64,000 nt of DNA from Treponemataceae bacterium (GTDB taxonomy: Bacteria; Spirochaetota; Spirochaetia; Treponematales; Rectinemataceae). The notes beneath the pieces are model-generated. The model worked only from the letters and a program-made list of their open reading frames with translations, was not told the origin of the DNA and searched no databases. The position numbers and the translations under genes were made by a program. Positions 9,656-19,739 of the stretch are shown here, one piece after another; the stretch's first letter is position 1, and every line of letters starts with the position of its first letter. The DNA lies in NCBI GenBank assembly GCA_963678065.2, contig CAXXVZ010000005.1, forward strand, positions 1,056,001-1,120,000, read 5' to 3'.

Positions 9656-10560
9656 TTGTCGCCCCTGGCCGCGACGAGGCAAGCGAGCGCGATGGAATCG
9701 ATCTTCGCCTTGGCGTTATCCGACCTGGAAACCATGACGATCGGTTTCAGGGCGCCCGCGACGATACCGGCGATTTTCGCGCCGGCATAATAGACGAGCG
9801 TCTTGCCTATCATATTGCCCGCCTCTATGTTCGGCACGATGAAGATGTCCACGTCTCCGGCGATGACGCTATGGATGCCTTTATGCCCGGCCGCTTCGCG
9901 GCTCGCTGCCACATCCATGGCTATCGGGCCCTCGACGATGCACGGCGGGAAATTGCCGGCTTTCCAGCGTTCCACCAGCGCCTGAGCATCCATCGTGGCG
10001 GGCATCTTGGGAGTGGGTTTTTCATTTGCCGCGAGGATGGCTATTTTCGGCATGTCGATGCCAAGCCCGCGAACGACCTCGATAGCATTACGAAGGATTT
10101 GCTCTTTCTCATCGAGGGTAGGGGCAATATTCATGCCCCCGTCAGAGTGAAAAACCAGCTTGCGCGACGATGGTATTTCAAACGCCGCGATATGGCTCAA
10201 TATCCTGCCGGACCGCAGGCCCCTGGAAGGGTCGAGGGCCGCCTTCAGGAAATCGGAACTGTTGATGCGGCCTTTTGCCAGGACATCGGCCTTTCCCTCC
10301 CTCACCATCTCCGCCGCGAGGAGGGCGGCGGCGGTATCATCCGGTTCGTGCACGATCGTGATGTCCGTGTCGAGTCCTATTTCCCTGCACATAGTCCCGA
10401 TCGCTCTTTCATCGCCGACCAGTATGGATCGGGCAAGTCCTATTCCCGCCGCGCCTTTCACCGCGAGAAGCACTTCCCGATCCTGGGCGACGGCAACGCA
10501 GATGGTACGCATGCCAAGGGCGCAGCTTTGCGCCACCAGTTGATCGAAGCTTGTGATCAT
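9652..10560 (-). CDS. ptb: Phosphate butyryltransferase / phosphate acyltransferase
   Basis: Real start MITSFDQL. Motifs SDGGMNIAP, VEGPIAMD, VPNIEAGN, IVMVSRSD; coupled to buk. Confidence 0.88.
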   Translation of the reverse strand: MITSFDQLVAQSCALGMRTICVAVAQDREVLLAVKGAAGIGLARSILVGDERAIGTMCREIGLDTDITIVHEPDDTAAALLAAEMVREGKADVLAKGRINSSDFLKAALDPSRGLRSGRILSHIAAFEIPSSRKLVFHSDGGMNIAPTLDEKEQILRNAIEVVRGLGIDMPKIAILAANEKPTPKMPATMDAQALVERWKAGNFPPCIVEGPIAMDVAASREAAGHKGIHSVIAGDVDIFIVPNIEAGNMIGKTLVYYAGAKIAGIVAGALKPIVMVSRSDNAKAKIDSIALACLVAARGDK

Positions 10561-11642
10561 CGGCCTTTCCCCATTCCCTGCCCGTATATCTTCGCCTTTT
10601 CCTCGCCCCGCAGCACCCGCAATGCGCCAGCCGCCAGGGACACAAGCTCTTCCTCTCCGGGAACGACCTTTATCGGCGCGATGAACTCGACACGTTCCGA
10701 GATTTCGCGGACGAAAACCTCGTCGTGCGCGATTCCCCCTGTGAGGATGATCCTGTCCACCTGACCCCGGAGCACGGTGGCCATCGCGCCGATTTCCTTG
10801 GCCGTCTGGTACGCCATGGCCGCGAGCACGATGGCTGCCTTGGAGTCGCCGCTTTCGGCCATCCTGCGGGCCGCGCGGATATCTTTCGTGCCGAGATAGG
10901 CGCACATGCCTCCGGAGCCCATCATGCGCGACAGCAATTCCTTTTCCTTGTATTTTCCCGAATAACACAGGCGGATAAGCTCGAGAGAAGGTACGCTGCC
11001 TGCGCGATCCGGAGAGAAGGGGCCCTCCTCCCGAGCGTTATTCACATCTATCATCCTTCCGCTGCGGTGTGCGGAGATCGATATCCCGGAGCCGAGATGC
11101 GCCACGATGAAATTGACTTCGCCATAACCCTTGCCCATTTCCCCGGCTACTTTTCTCGCGACAGCTTTGCTGTTGAGGGCGTGGGAGAGGCTTTCCCGGG
11201 GCAACTCCGGCAACCCCGAGAGTCCCGCGACTTCTTCCATTTCATCCACCGCCACGGGATCCACTATGAAAGCCGGTACCCCCGCGCCGCTGGCGAGCCT
11301 GTACGCGATTATGGCTCCCAGGTTGGATGCGTGCTCACCTCTTTGCGCTTCTTCCAGGTCGGCGAGCATCGCACCGTTGACTTCGTAGGTTCCTCCCTCA
11401 AGAGGCCGCAGAAGCCCGCCCCTGCCGACGACCGCGTCGAGCGATGATCGGGGAATGCCCGCTTCGCCGAGAGCTTTCGTGACAATCTCCAGCCGGTAAG
11501 GCCATTGATCGAAAACCCTTTCATACCGCTCCAGGTCATCACCTTGATGCTCGACAGTACAGCGCATCGCCTCGCGTTCGTCGTCAAAGACAGCCATCTT
11601 GGTGGAAGTCGAGCCTGGATTTATCGCGAGCACCCTTTTCAT
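10557..11642 (-). CDS. buk: Butyrate kinase
   Basis: INPGSTSTK, VVGRGG, HASNLG, VDPVAVDE, HALN, EGPFSPDRAG, LTGGIAH, PGEEE. Confidence 0.95.
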   Translation of the reverse strand: MKRVLAINPGSTSTKMAVFDDEREAMRCTVEHQGDDLERYERVFDQWPYRLEIVTKALGEAGIPRSSLDAVVGRGGLLRPLEGGTYEVNGAMLADLEEAQRGEHASNLGAIIAYRLASGAGVPAFIVDPVAVDEMEEVAGLSGLPELPRESLSHALNSKAVARKVAGEMGKGYGEVNFIVAHLGSGISISAHRSGRMIDVNNAREEGPFSPDRAGSVPSLELIRLCYSGKYKEKELLSRMMGSGGMCAYLGTKDIRAARRMAESGDSKAAIVLAAMAYQTAKEIGAMATVLRGQVDRIILTGGIAHDEVFVREISERVEFIAPIKVVPGEEELVSLAAGALRVLRGEEKAKIYGQGMGKGR

Positions 11643-11723
11643 CGTCAACACTCCCTCGTCGGAACTCACAGGGGAAATCCCGATCGCCCGGTCTCGCCGA
11701 CTTCTATACGGAATGCGAGAATT

Positions 11724-13394
11724 CTATTTTCCGGGGCGCCAGGGAGCAGGAGGTTCGATACCCAGATCGGTGATCACTTCCACGAGAGCGGGCCTGTCGG
11801 CGGCGAGCGCCATCTTCAAAGCAGGCGCTATCTCTTCCGGGTCCTCGACGCGCACGGCGAAAACGCCCATCGCCTTGGCAATTTCCGCAAAACTGATATC
11901 CTTTTTGAAAACGTAATTGCCGTGATCGAATTCTTTGCCTTTGAACAAAGCTCTGCGAACGTTCGACCCCTGTCCGTACCCATAATTGTTGTTGACCACG
12001 GTGATGGTCTTTATGCCGTACCGCATCTGGGTTTCCATTTCCGTCAGGTGGTACCACAATCCTCCGTCTCCCGTAAAACAGAAGACGGGGCGATCGCCCG
12101 CCGCGCATTTGACGCCGAGAGAAGCCGGATATGCCCAGCCCAAGGAGCCTCCACCCGGCCTTATGTAGGTTTGACCGGCTCTTATCCTGATCCTCGAGCA
12201 TGTCCAGATCGAAGCGTGCCCCGTATCGGCCACGAGGACGGCGTCATCGGGCATCATGGCCTCGAGTTCCTTGCAGAGCCGTTCCGGGCGAATCGGGATC
12301 GCGCCGGAATTGGCGTTTCCCGACTCCTCCCGGTACCACGCATCCACGATGCCCCTGACGGTGGCGATCCAGTCCCCGTCTGCGCAGGGGAAAGCGGCCT
12401 GGGCGAGGGCTTCGGCGCACAGTCTGGCGTCGCCCAGAACTCCCGCCTCAATGGAGTAGTTCCTTCCCAGTTCGACAGGATCGATATCCATCTGCACGAT
12501 TCTGGTCTTCTGATCCGGGATGGTCCAATCGAGGGTAACCTGATCGCCTGTATGGCTCCCGATGTATATGACGAGATCGGCGCGGGCGACGACTTCGTTG
12601 GCCGTGTTTCTGCAATAGTTCCCGACGCAGCCGACGCTCAGAGGATGATCTTCGGGGATAGTCCCCTTGCCGCTCGCAGATGTGGCGACGGGGATATTGA
12701 GTCTTTCGGCCATCGCCGTCACGGCTGCTCCGGCATCGGAGCGAATCACACCGCCGCCCGCGACGATCACGGGCCTCTTCGATTCCCGCAATATCCTCGC
12801 CACCGCGGCTATCGAGGAAAGGTCCGGTAGGATCCGATGGGGAGGAAGCTGGAACGCGGAGACGTTTTTGATGTCGGGGAAATCCCCTTCCGCCCGATCC
12901 AGAAATCCGAGGAAATTCACCATGTCGAGGTGTGCCGGCCCCGGATTGCCGGAAACCGCTTCCCGTATCGCCTGGGGAAAATACAGCGAGAGCTGCTGGA
13001 TGGTTTCCGCGGAGACATTGTACTTTGTTACCGGCTGATAAAAAGGACGGTGATCCACTTCCTGATAGGAATTCCGGTTCTGGAAAATCTGATCTTTCTT
13101 TCCGGTCAGTGCGATGACGGGAGAATTGCTGAGGTAGGGCTCCTGCAATCCCGCGGCCAGGTTGGCTGCTCCCACGGACTGGGCGAAGACGAAACCAGGC
13201 TTTCTCGCCATGCGGGCGAATCCGTCGGCCATATAGGCCGCTGATTTTTCGCAATGGCAGATGATCCTCTCGATTCCATTCCGCTGCAATTCATACATGG
13301 TCTCCCAGAACGAGGTCTCCATTATGAAGATGTGGCTGTTCCCGATCGATTTTATCGTATCAGCCATGAATTTCGCGCCTGTTGTTCTCATCAT
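11724..13394 (-). CDS. Thiamine diphosphate-dependent enzyme (acetolactate synthase large subunit-like, substrate unknown)
   Basis: EKSAAYMADGFAR and the ThDP motif GDGG...NN. Confidence 0.88.
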   Translation of the reverse strand: MMRTTGAKFMADTIKSIGNSHIFIMETSFWETMYELQRNGIERIICHCEKSAAYMADGFARMARKPGFVFAQSVGAANLAAGLQEPYLSNSPVIALTGKKDQIFQNRNSYQEVDHRPFYQPVTKYNVSAETIQQLSLYFPQAIREAVSGNPGPAHLDMVNFLGFLDRAEGDFPDIKNVSAFQLPPHRILPDLSSIAAVARILRESKRPVIVAGGGVIRSDAGAAVTAMAERLNIPVATSASGKGTIPEDHPLSVGCVGNYCRNTANEVVARADLVIYIGSHTGDQVTLDWTIPDQKTRIVQMDIDPVELGRNYSIEAGVLGDARLCAEALAQAAFPCADGDWIATVRGIVDAWYREESGNANSGAIPIRPERLCKELEAMMPDDAVLVADTGHASIWTCSRIRIRAGQTYIRPGGGSLGWAYPASLGVKCAAGDRPVFCFTGDGGLWYHLTEMETQMRYGIKTITVVNNNYGYGQGSNVRRALFKGKEFDHGNYVFKKDISFAEIAKAMGVFAVRVEDPEEIAPALKMALAADRPALVEVITDLGIEPPAPWRPGK

Positions 13395-13412
13395 GATCTC
13401 CTGGATTCTTCT

Positions 13413-14222
13413 TTATACGTTCCCCACGAAAAGCGACCACTCGTGTCCCGGCAGGACGAGTTCTTTTCTGTTCAGCGTCAGGGCTTTGGCTTTATAGATG
13501 CTGTCATACCAGGAATAGTAGTCGTAGGTGATGCTCGACGGTTCGGCGGGAGTTATGGCCGCCGCCGGTTTTCTCTTCACTTTCGTACTGTTCCCGTACA
13601 TGTCGGTGAATATGTCCATGTCCGGAAAGAAATGAAGATAGTCGTTGCAGAGATCACCCAACAGAAGCATTCTTCCTTTCCCTGTTTCCACGGTAATTAT
13701 CTGATGACCAAGGGTATGTCCCGGGGTCTTGTAGAGGGAAATCCCCGGAAGGAATTCGAAATCCCCATCCACGGGAATCGTGTCGAGCTTCTCAAGTTTG
13801 GGGATGACCCCGGGATCGTAGTCTTTCCGCAGGATCTGCACAGGAAGGGGATGAAGCAGATTCGTCCATTCATCTTTCTGGAATACGTGCTTGGCCCGGG
13901 GGAATAGATGGCAATTCCCGGCATGGTCGTTGTGGAGGTGGGTATAGAGCACGACATCGATGTCTTCGGGGACAAGATCGAATTTTTTCAATGCCCTTGT
14001 CACGAAAGAGGCGCCCCCTTCGGCAGGGAATCCAGCGAAGGCCTTCCCGTCGACGAAATAGTCTTCGCTCACCCCGCAGTCGACCAGGATATTGAAATGT
14101 CCGCTCCGGAGCAGGAAACCGCAGTAGGGTGTATCGACAGGCTTGGTCAGGCCCGCGAAAAGATACTCGGGGGGAACGAGCATTTTGCCATAATAAAGAA
14201 TTCCCAGATCCCACGATGCCAT
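13413..14222 (-). CDS. Metallo-beta-lactamase-fold hydrolase (AHL-lactonase family)
   Basis: THLHNDHAG, TPGHTLGHQ, GD, PGHE. Confidence 0.85.
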   Translation of the reverse strand: MASWDLGILYYGKMLVPPEYLFAGLTKPVDTPYCGFLLRSGHFNILVDCGVSEDYFVDGKAFAGFPAEGGASFVTRALKKFDLVPEDIDVVLYTHLHNDHAGNCHLFPRAKHVFQKDEWTNLLHPLPVQILRKDYDPGVIPKLEKLDTIPVDGDFEFLPGISLYKTPGHTLGHQIITVETGKGRMLLLGDLCNDYLHFFPDMDIFTDMYGNSTKVKRKPAAAITPAEPSSITYDYYSWYDSIYKAKALTLNRKELVLPGHEWSLFVGNV

Positions 14223-14255
14223 CTTCGTCTCCTTTTTGACAATCAAGAAATCTTT

Positions 14256-15512
14256 TCATCCTTCCTTGAAAACTTCATCGAGCCAGTCGAACAGCTCGCA
14301 GGCCATGAGGACACGGTTCTCGCCCGTGCAATGGGCGGCGGCTCCTTCGTTGAAAGGCGTAACCACCTTCTTTTTCCTGTCCGTGTTCACCCGTTCCATG
14401 TAGATCTGGCCTTGTCGATGCCCAATGGGATTGGCTGCCTCACCCTCCCCGACCACATTCAGAACAGGGCATGTGATATCCGCAGGATCATACGAGAAAC
14501 CCTTCGTCGCCTCCGCCTGTCCCGTAAAATTCCCGGGTTTCAGGCCCAGGCGCCATACGACGTTTTCGGTCACTCCCTTCCCGAAAGGTGACCATGTCTT
14601 GTCGATTTCATCCTGGGTGAGCTTCGAAAACGGCATGGCCGCGAACATTTCGTAATTGTCGATGACGGCGGCATTGGTGATGAGGGCTTTGATTCTCTTG
14701 TCGACGCTCGCGGCCCTGGGAGCGAAATAACCTCCGAAGCTGATCCCCAACACCGAAAGCCTCTCGGAATCGACTTCGGGCATTTTCGTGACGACATCCA
14801 GTATCGCCCCGATGGGTTTTTCCGCGTTTCCCCTGAAGAATAGCCCTTCAGCCGGGAGCAGACCCTGCCCGGGGATATCTACAGTGACGAAATTGTATCC
14901 GCGTTCCACCGCGAGAGGACCGATGTAGAAGAGGTTGTCCGTGAGGAAGCATTCCCCTCCGCCCACCATGAGAAGGGTCTTGCGGGGCTTCCCGTCATTC
15001 GCCACGGGCCAGAAGAAGCCCGGCAGGACCGCGTTCTCGAAGGGAACCCCTATCGGGATCATCGCGGGTTCCATGAGGCTGCCGGCCTTTTCGATACACC
15101 CGTACGATTTCTTGCCGAGCGAAAGATAGTCGGCGTCCCAGGGGAGCCTCGAAGTGAGGGATGAACGGTAATAATTCGCCGCGAGCAAGAAATTTTTGGA
15201 CGCCGAAACCTTGTGCCCCTTTCTCATTGCCTCTTCCGCCCGCGACTCCTTCCGCTCGGCCAATTCCTTCCATTCGCGCTGCCAGCTCTCGGGATCCCCG
15301 TCCTTTATCCTTCCGGCGGCGTAGAATGCCTCGCCAATGACGCAACCGCCCGTCGATATGCTGCCAAGGAGCCATTGGAAAACAAAATCCATCTCGATAT
15401 TCTTGAAATAGTAGCTCGAGTACACACGATGAGCGTCGAAGACTTCCTTCTGCGCTTCCATCGCCGATGTCGAGCCGGCCTTCTCTTTTTCGCAGCATGA
15501 TGGATTATTCAC
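14256..15512 (-). CDS. Alpha/beta hydrolase (resembles 2,6-dihydroxy-pseudooxynicotine hydrolase / FrsA-like proteins)
   Basis: Nucleophile motif GISFGG, DIPGQG and C-terminal AAAHC; start codon uncertain. Confidence 0.8.
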   Translation of the reverse strand: MNNPSCCEKEKAGSTSAMEAQKEVFDAHRVYSSYYFKNIEMDFVFQWLLGSISTGGCVIGEAFYAAGRIKDGDPESWQREWKELAERKESRAEEAMRKGHKVSASKNFLLAANYYRSSLTSRLPWDADYLSLGKKSYGCIEKAGSLMEPAMIPIGVPFENAVLPGFFWPVANDGKPRKTLLMVGGGECFLTDNLFYIGPLAVERGYNFVTVDIPGQGLLPAEGLFFRGNAEKPIGAILDVVTKMPEVDSERLSVLGISFGGYFAPRAASVDKRIKALITNAAVIDNYEMFAAMPFSKLTQDEIDKTWSPFGKGVTENVVWRLGLKPGNFTGQAEATKGFSYDPADITCPVLNVVGEGEAANPIGHRQGQIYMERVNTDRKKKVVTPFNEGAAAHCTGENRVLMACELFDWLDEVFKEG

Positions 15513-15706
15513 GGCGATCCTCCCTTCGATGAACACTCAAGGATGATGATATGTGATGAATCCGCTCCGAAATATAGGTTTCTTGCTCTTCATTTTTCAT
15601 CGCTTGCTCTCCGCTTATCCATGATTGCTATCGGGAACGCGTGGGTTTCCCTCCGGTGCGCCGGAACGATTTGTATTGACAAATTCATTGCTCTATATGA
15701 AAATAA

Positions 15707-16429
15707 ATGATGCCTTTCATCCAGATAAACCACATCGGCCTGACGATCGACGATATCCTTCGTTCAATCGGTATTCCCCGAGCCCGAACCGGAATGTTGA
15801 AAAGCTCCCTTCCCGAAATCTGCGGCAGGACCCTCGAAACGATGAAGGAACTCATCGAGCAGAGGATACTGTATAGAGTACTCCCCGTGTTGTCAGTCGC
15901 GGAAAATGGCTTTCGCCTGGAAGCGGGCATCCCGGGAAAGACCGAAGAGTTCCTGTTCGGAGGTCCGGGCTTGGTGAAGGCCATACCTGGGGCATCCTGT
16001 TTGATCGTCATCCTGATTACGCTGGGTCCCGAACTGGAACGGAAGGCTTTGGAGTTGTCAAAAACCAGCGTGGTCGAAGGATATACGCTCGATTGCGCCG
16101 GGGGAGCTGCCTTGCGCTATTTTTCTGACGCTGTCTGCTCTCATTTTGAAAAGGAGTATGCCCGAACGGGATTGGCGGTTTCCCATCCCTATGATCCGGG
16201 CATGGATGGCTGGCCGGTGGAACAGGGACAGAGAGAGATCTTCTCGATCCTCGATGGCCGGGAAGCGGGAGTCGTGCTCAACGGGCACTTCATGATGATT
16301 CCCCAGAAATCGGTGACGATGGTCCTTGGTGTAGGGGAACATTTCCCGTTTACGAGACGCTCCTGTCATGTCTGTTCCTGTCGTGACACCTGCGTCTACA
16401 AGGTTGCATGCGCATCCATGATTCCGTGA
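15707..16429 (+). CDS. Stand-alone methionine synthase B12 activation-domain-like protein
   Basis: ITLG.ELE, PYDPG..GWP..QGQ..IF, GVVLN..FMMIPQKSV and a C-terminal CxxCxxxxxC. Confidence 0.72.
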   Translation: MMPFIQINHIGLTIDDILRSIGIPRARTGMLKSSLPEICGRTLETMKELIEQRILYRVLPVLSVAENGFRLEAGIPGKTEEFLFGGPGLVKAIPGASCLIVILITLGPELERKALELSKTSVVEGYTLDCAGGAALRYFSDAVCSHFEKEYARTGLAVSHPYDPGMDGWPVEQGQREIFSILDGREAGVVLNGHFMMIPQKSVTMVLGVGEHFPFTRRSCHVCSCRDTCVYKVACASMIP

Positions 16430-16438
16430 AAATCCTCG

Positions 16439-16469
16439 ATCCGGATGTCGTCGCCGACGGCATCCGGAT
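16439..16469. terminator. Hairpin between convergent genes
   Basis: ATCCGGATGTCGTCG-C-CGACGGCATCCGGAT, a near-perfect inverted repeat. Confidence 0.55.
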
Positions 16470-16492
16470 GAAGACATACACCTTCATTCAAT

Positions 16493-17800
16493 CTAGAAAA
16501 GCTTACTGGGCAGCCATAGACTGATAATCGGGAATGCCATAAGCAGGACGACTACCAGCAATTCCAGAACGACATACCAGGATATCCCTTTGAATATCTC
16601 CGCGAGGGAAACATTGTCCCCGACCACACCCTTGATGACGAAGACCGACATCCCGAAGGGCGGGGTAATAGCCCCGATTTCGCTCATTTTTATAAAAAGA
16701 ATGCCAAACCAGATGAGATTGATATTCATCTGCATCATAACAGGAAGAAGGATGGGGATCGTCAGAAGCAGGCTGGCGATGGCGGGAAGGAAAACCCCCA
16801 GGACGAAGTACACAACCATCAGGACGGCGAGGAAAGCCCATATAGGCAAATTGGCGGCGACGATCGCGTTGCTCAGGATTCTGGGAAGGCCCGTGACATC
16901 GATGAAGACAACGAATATCGCCGACGCGATCAGGATGATGAAGAGGACGGCAGTCACTTCCACGGTCTCCAGCAGACCCTGACGAAGCGCGGCCCACGTG
17001 CATTTCTTCTTCACGATCATGATGATGAATGCCGTGAACGCGGAGAGAGCGGCGGCCTCGGTGGCTGTAAACCAGCCCGTATAGATGCTCAGGAACATTA
17101 CGAGGAATATTACGCCGATGCCCCACAGGCCTTTCAAGGCTTTTATTTTCTCGATTCTGGTAATCGGCGTCGTATTTACTTCCGGGGCCAGTTCGGGATG
17201 CCTGCGCACTCTGAAATAAATGGCAACCACGTATATCACAATGGAGAGAATACCCGGGATATACCCGGCAAGCAGCATTTTCCCCAAGGATACCTGCGTA
17301 TATACAGCGTACACGACCATCATGATGCTCGGGGGGATCATCGACGCGATAGTCGAGGTAGCCGCTATCGTTCCGGTCGCAAAGCCCTTGTCGTATTTCT
17401 TGTTTATCATTTCGGGAACCGCGAGTTTCGCGAGGGCGACCGTCGCCGGCACTCCCGACCCCATGCATGCGCCTATCGGCACGGAAGCGACGCAGGAGGC
17501 CATGGCGAGACCGCCCGGAATTTTCCGCAGCCACACCTCGGCGGCGTCAAAGGCGGATTTCGTGATTCCCGATTCCATCGCAATATATCCCATGAACAAA
17601 AACAAAGGCACGGCCGTGAAGGAATAATCAGACGCCAGTTTGAATGCCTGGGAGGAGATCAACTCCAATGTCTGAGGAATCCCCAACATAAAGAAGAGGG
17701 AAATGATCGCAGGCAGACCGATAGCGATGGTGATATGGCAACCCATGGCCATGAGGACGAGAATAAGAACGAACCCGAATAGGCCGATGAATGGTTCCAT
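16493..17800 (-). CDS. dctM: TRAP transporter large permease
   Basis: AVPLFLFMG, MIPPSIMMVVY, FTATEAA, GAITPPFG. Confidence 0.93.
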   Translation of the reverse strand: MEPFIGLFGFVLILVLMAMGCHITIAIGLPAIISLFFMLGIPQTLELISSQAFKLASDYSFTAVPLFLFMGYIAMESGITKSAFDAAEVWLRKIPGGLAMASCVASVPIGACMGSGVPATVALAKLAVPEMINKKYDKGFATGTIAATSTIASMIPPSIMMVVYAVYTQVSLGKMLLAGYIPGILSIVIYVVAIYFRVRRHPELAPEVNTTPITRIEKIKALKGLWGIGVIFLVMFLSIYTGWFTATEAAALSAFTAFIIMIVKKKCTWAALRQGLLETVEVTAVLFIILIASAIFVVFIDVTGLPRILSNAIVAANLPIWAFLAVLMVVYFVLGVFLPAIASLLLTIPILLPVMMQMNINLIWFGILFIKMSEIGAITPPFGMSVFVIKGVVGDNVSLAEIFKGISWYVVLELLVVVLLMAFPIISLWLPSKLF

Positions 17801-17802
17801 GT

Positions 17803-18291
17803 CTATTCCCTCCCGGCGGGTTTTCTGATTTCATCGATCACTGTCACAACCAACTGAAGAGTAAATACCCCCAGTCCTATCGGAATCGTCCATCGCCAAG
17901 GCCAGGCAGGAAAGAATATGGCGCCCATCCATTCTTCCTTCGTGCGGGTGCACTCCACAGCCTTGAGAAATCCCGCCCATGTCACGACACCGAAGAAAAA
18001 GACGGCCATAAGGTTTGTGATGATCGAGAGGATTCTCTGTGTTTTCTTGCTCAATTTCGACGTGACGAGATCGATGGTGATATGGGCCTTTCGCATCTGC
18101 GCATATCCCTGGGAGAAGAAGAGCACTATGATGAGGATGGCTATCGTGGCGTAATATCCGCCGGGAACGCTTCCTACAATCTTTCTTCCTATCGCGTCGG
18201 CGACCATCAAAATCATCATGAAAAAAATTGCCGCACCTGAAATCCAACTCAGAAAGCGACTTATCGCACTAATAATATTCTTTTCTTTCAT
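17803..18291 (-). CDS. dctQ: TRAP transporter small permease
   Basis: Four transmembrane segments with HITIDL; lies between dctP and dctM. Confidence 0.88.
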   Translation of the reverse strand: MKEKNIISAISRFLSWISGAAIFFMMILMVADAIGRKIVGSVPGGYYATIAILIIVLFFSQGYAQMRKAHITIDLVTSKLSKKTQRILSIITNLMAVFFFGVVTWAGFLKAVECTRTKEEWMGAIFFPAWPWRWTIPIGLGVFTLQLVVTVIDEIRKPAGRE

Positions 18292-18338
18292 ACACCGGTC
18301 CTGTGCTGAACATCATTGAAAAACACAAGTTCGTACCT

Positions 18339-18374
18339 GGCATGGAGCGATGCCGATCGGCATCGCTCCATGCC
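18339..18374. repeat. Perfect 36-bp palindrome in the dctP-dctQ intercistronic region
   Basis: GGCATGGAGCGATGCCGA|TCGGCATCGCTCCATGCC. Confidence 0.85.
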
Positions 18375-18392
18375 CTCGCGGGGAAAAGAATT

Positions 18393-19472
18393 CTATCTAT
18401 TCCAGGGGTAGCCTTTTTCAGCGGCTTCCTTCTGATATTGGGCGACATATTGCTGATACTGATCCCAGACGGCCTTTGTCGTATTCCCGCTCTTGTCCCA
18501 TTTGGCGAACCATGCCTGGTGCGCCACATCGATCGCGGCGGTGTAGGCTTTGTCCACTTCATCCACCATTTTCACGTACTGCACGCCGAAGGAGGATTTA
18601 GCCTTGCTGACGACCTGCTCTTCCAGCGCCAGCACATTCTTGGTGTACACATCGTTGTACTCTCTGATGAGCTGTTCGATGATCGCTTTCGTCTCCGCAG
18701 TGAATTTGTTCCAGGTATCCTTGTTGATGACCGTGGTCACATCGCCCCCGAGAAGGTTGTCGGAGAAGCGATACCAGTATTTGGCCACCTCACCCAGTTT
18801 CAGTGTATCTGCCCAGGTGACCGTAAAGAGACATCCATCGATGACACCTTTGCTCATGGAGTCGTACACATCGAATGGAGCGATCTGGACGGTTTCCACG
18901 CCGAGTTTCGCCCACGCGGCCGCCTCGTCCGGAGTGGCTGCCCGGATTCTCAATCCCTTCAGGTCCTTCAGCGAATTGACTTTTTTCCTGAGCACCAATA
19001 TCGGGGTGCCAGGGAAATAGCCATGAGTTCCGACGACATTGTGCTTATCCATTTCGGCCTTTATCGCCGCATTGTTCTTGATCATCTCATAGGTGGCCCA
19101 CATTATCGCCCACTGATCCTTTCCGGCGCCTACCATGCTCAGCGTCGACCAATGAGGGTTCTGGGAGACCGTCGTTCCGCCCATCGCGGCGCCCATCGCC
19201 ACCACGCCCTTGCCTACTGATGTAAGAGTGTCGGCCTGGCTGACCAGAGTCCCTCCCCAGTGGATGGTGATCTTGATCTTTCCATTCGTCCGTTTGGTGA
19301 TCTGGTCGCAGAACCACTGATTCGCTTCGGCGAAGGCGCCCTGATTCGGACCGCCGTATGCATACCTCAGATTCATGGGCTCCTGAACCGAAGGAGCTCC
19401 TCCCTGACCTTGTGAAAAAGCACTGACCGCGAATAAAAGGAATAGTCCCACGAGACACGTGATTCTTTTCAT
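18393..19472 (-). CDS. dctP: TRAP transporter substrate-binding protein
   Basis: Signal peptide MKRITCLVGLFLLFAVSAFS; RTNGKIKI, DLKGLRIR, VYDSMSKGVIDG. Confidence 0.9.
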   Translation of the reverse strand: MKRITCLVGLFLLFAVSAFSQGQGGAPSVQEPMNLRYAYGGPNQGAFAEANQWFCDQITKRTNGKIKITIHWGGTLVSQADTLTSVGKGVVAMGAAMGGTTVSQNPHWSTLSMVGAGKDQWAIMWATYEMIKNNAAIKAEMDKHNVVGTHGYFPGTPILVLRKKVNSLKDLKGLRIRAATPDEAAAWAKLGVETVQIAPFDVYDSMSKGVIDGCLFTVTWADTLKLGEVAKYWYRFSDNLLGGDVTTVINKDTWNKFTAETKAIIEQLIREYNDVYTKNVLALEEQVVSKAKSSFGVQYVKMVDEVDKAYTAAIDVAHQAWFAKWDKSGNTTKAVWDQYQQYVAQYQKEAAEKGYPWNR

Positions 19473-19515
19473 CCTCTCACTCCTTTGAACGTAGCAACGG
19501 CATCGTGTCACTTTG

Positions 19516-19571
19516 AGGTTAGCACCCGATTCCGTATTTGTCAACTATCAGACTATACGTAATCGCACTAT
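19516..19571 (-). promoter_or_regulatory. Promoter of dctPQM with an upstream motif shared with the corrinoid operon
   Basis: TTGACA (19544-19539), 17 bp, TAACCT with an extended -10 TG. 19537-19571 matches 27664-27698 at 26 of 35 positions. Confidence 0.6.
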
Positions 19572-19739
19572 TTATTCGTGTGCCATATTCATGCCTTTTC
19601 CATCCCGATCCTCATCGCCTGATTGGTCGAAAACAAACCAGGCGTGAGAAGGATAGACTGTGCAGAGGTGGGAAGAATGGGGAAGGCGGGCAGAGGGAAT
19701 TGGGCTGATCAGAACAAGAAAATCATCGTCATCATTTCA

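Noticed and set aside
13413..14222. Quorum-quenching or beta-lactamase function
   Set aside because: The motif shows only the fold; the catabolic context favours a metabolic lactonase or esterase.
19581..19596. Possible sigma54 site (GG-N10-GC) upstream of dctP
   Set aside because: Weak match to the consensus, no enhancer-binding protein in the window, and a better sigma70 promoter lies next to it.
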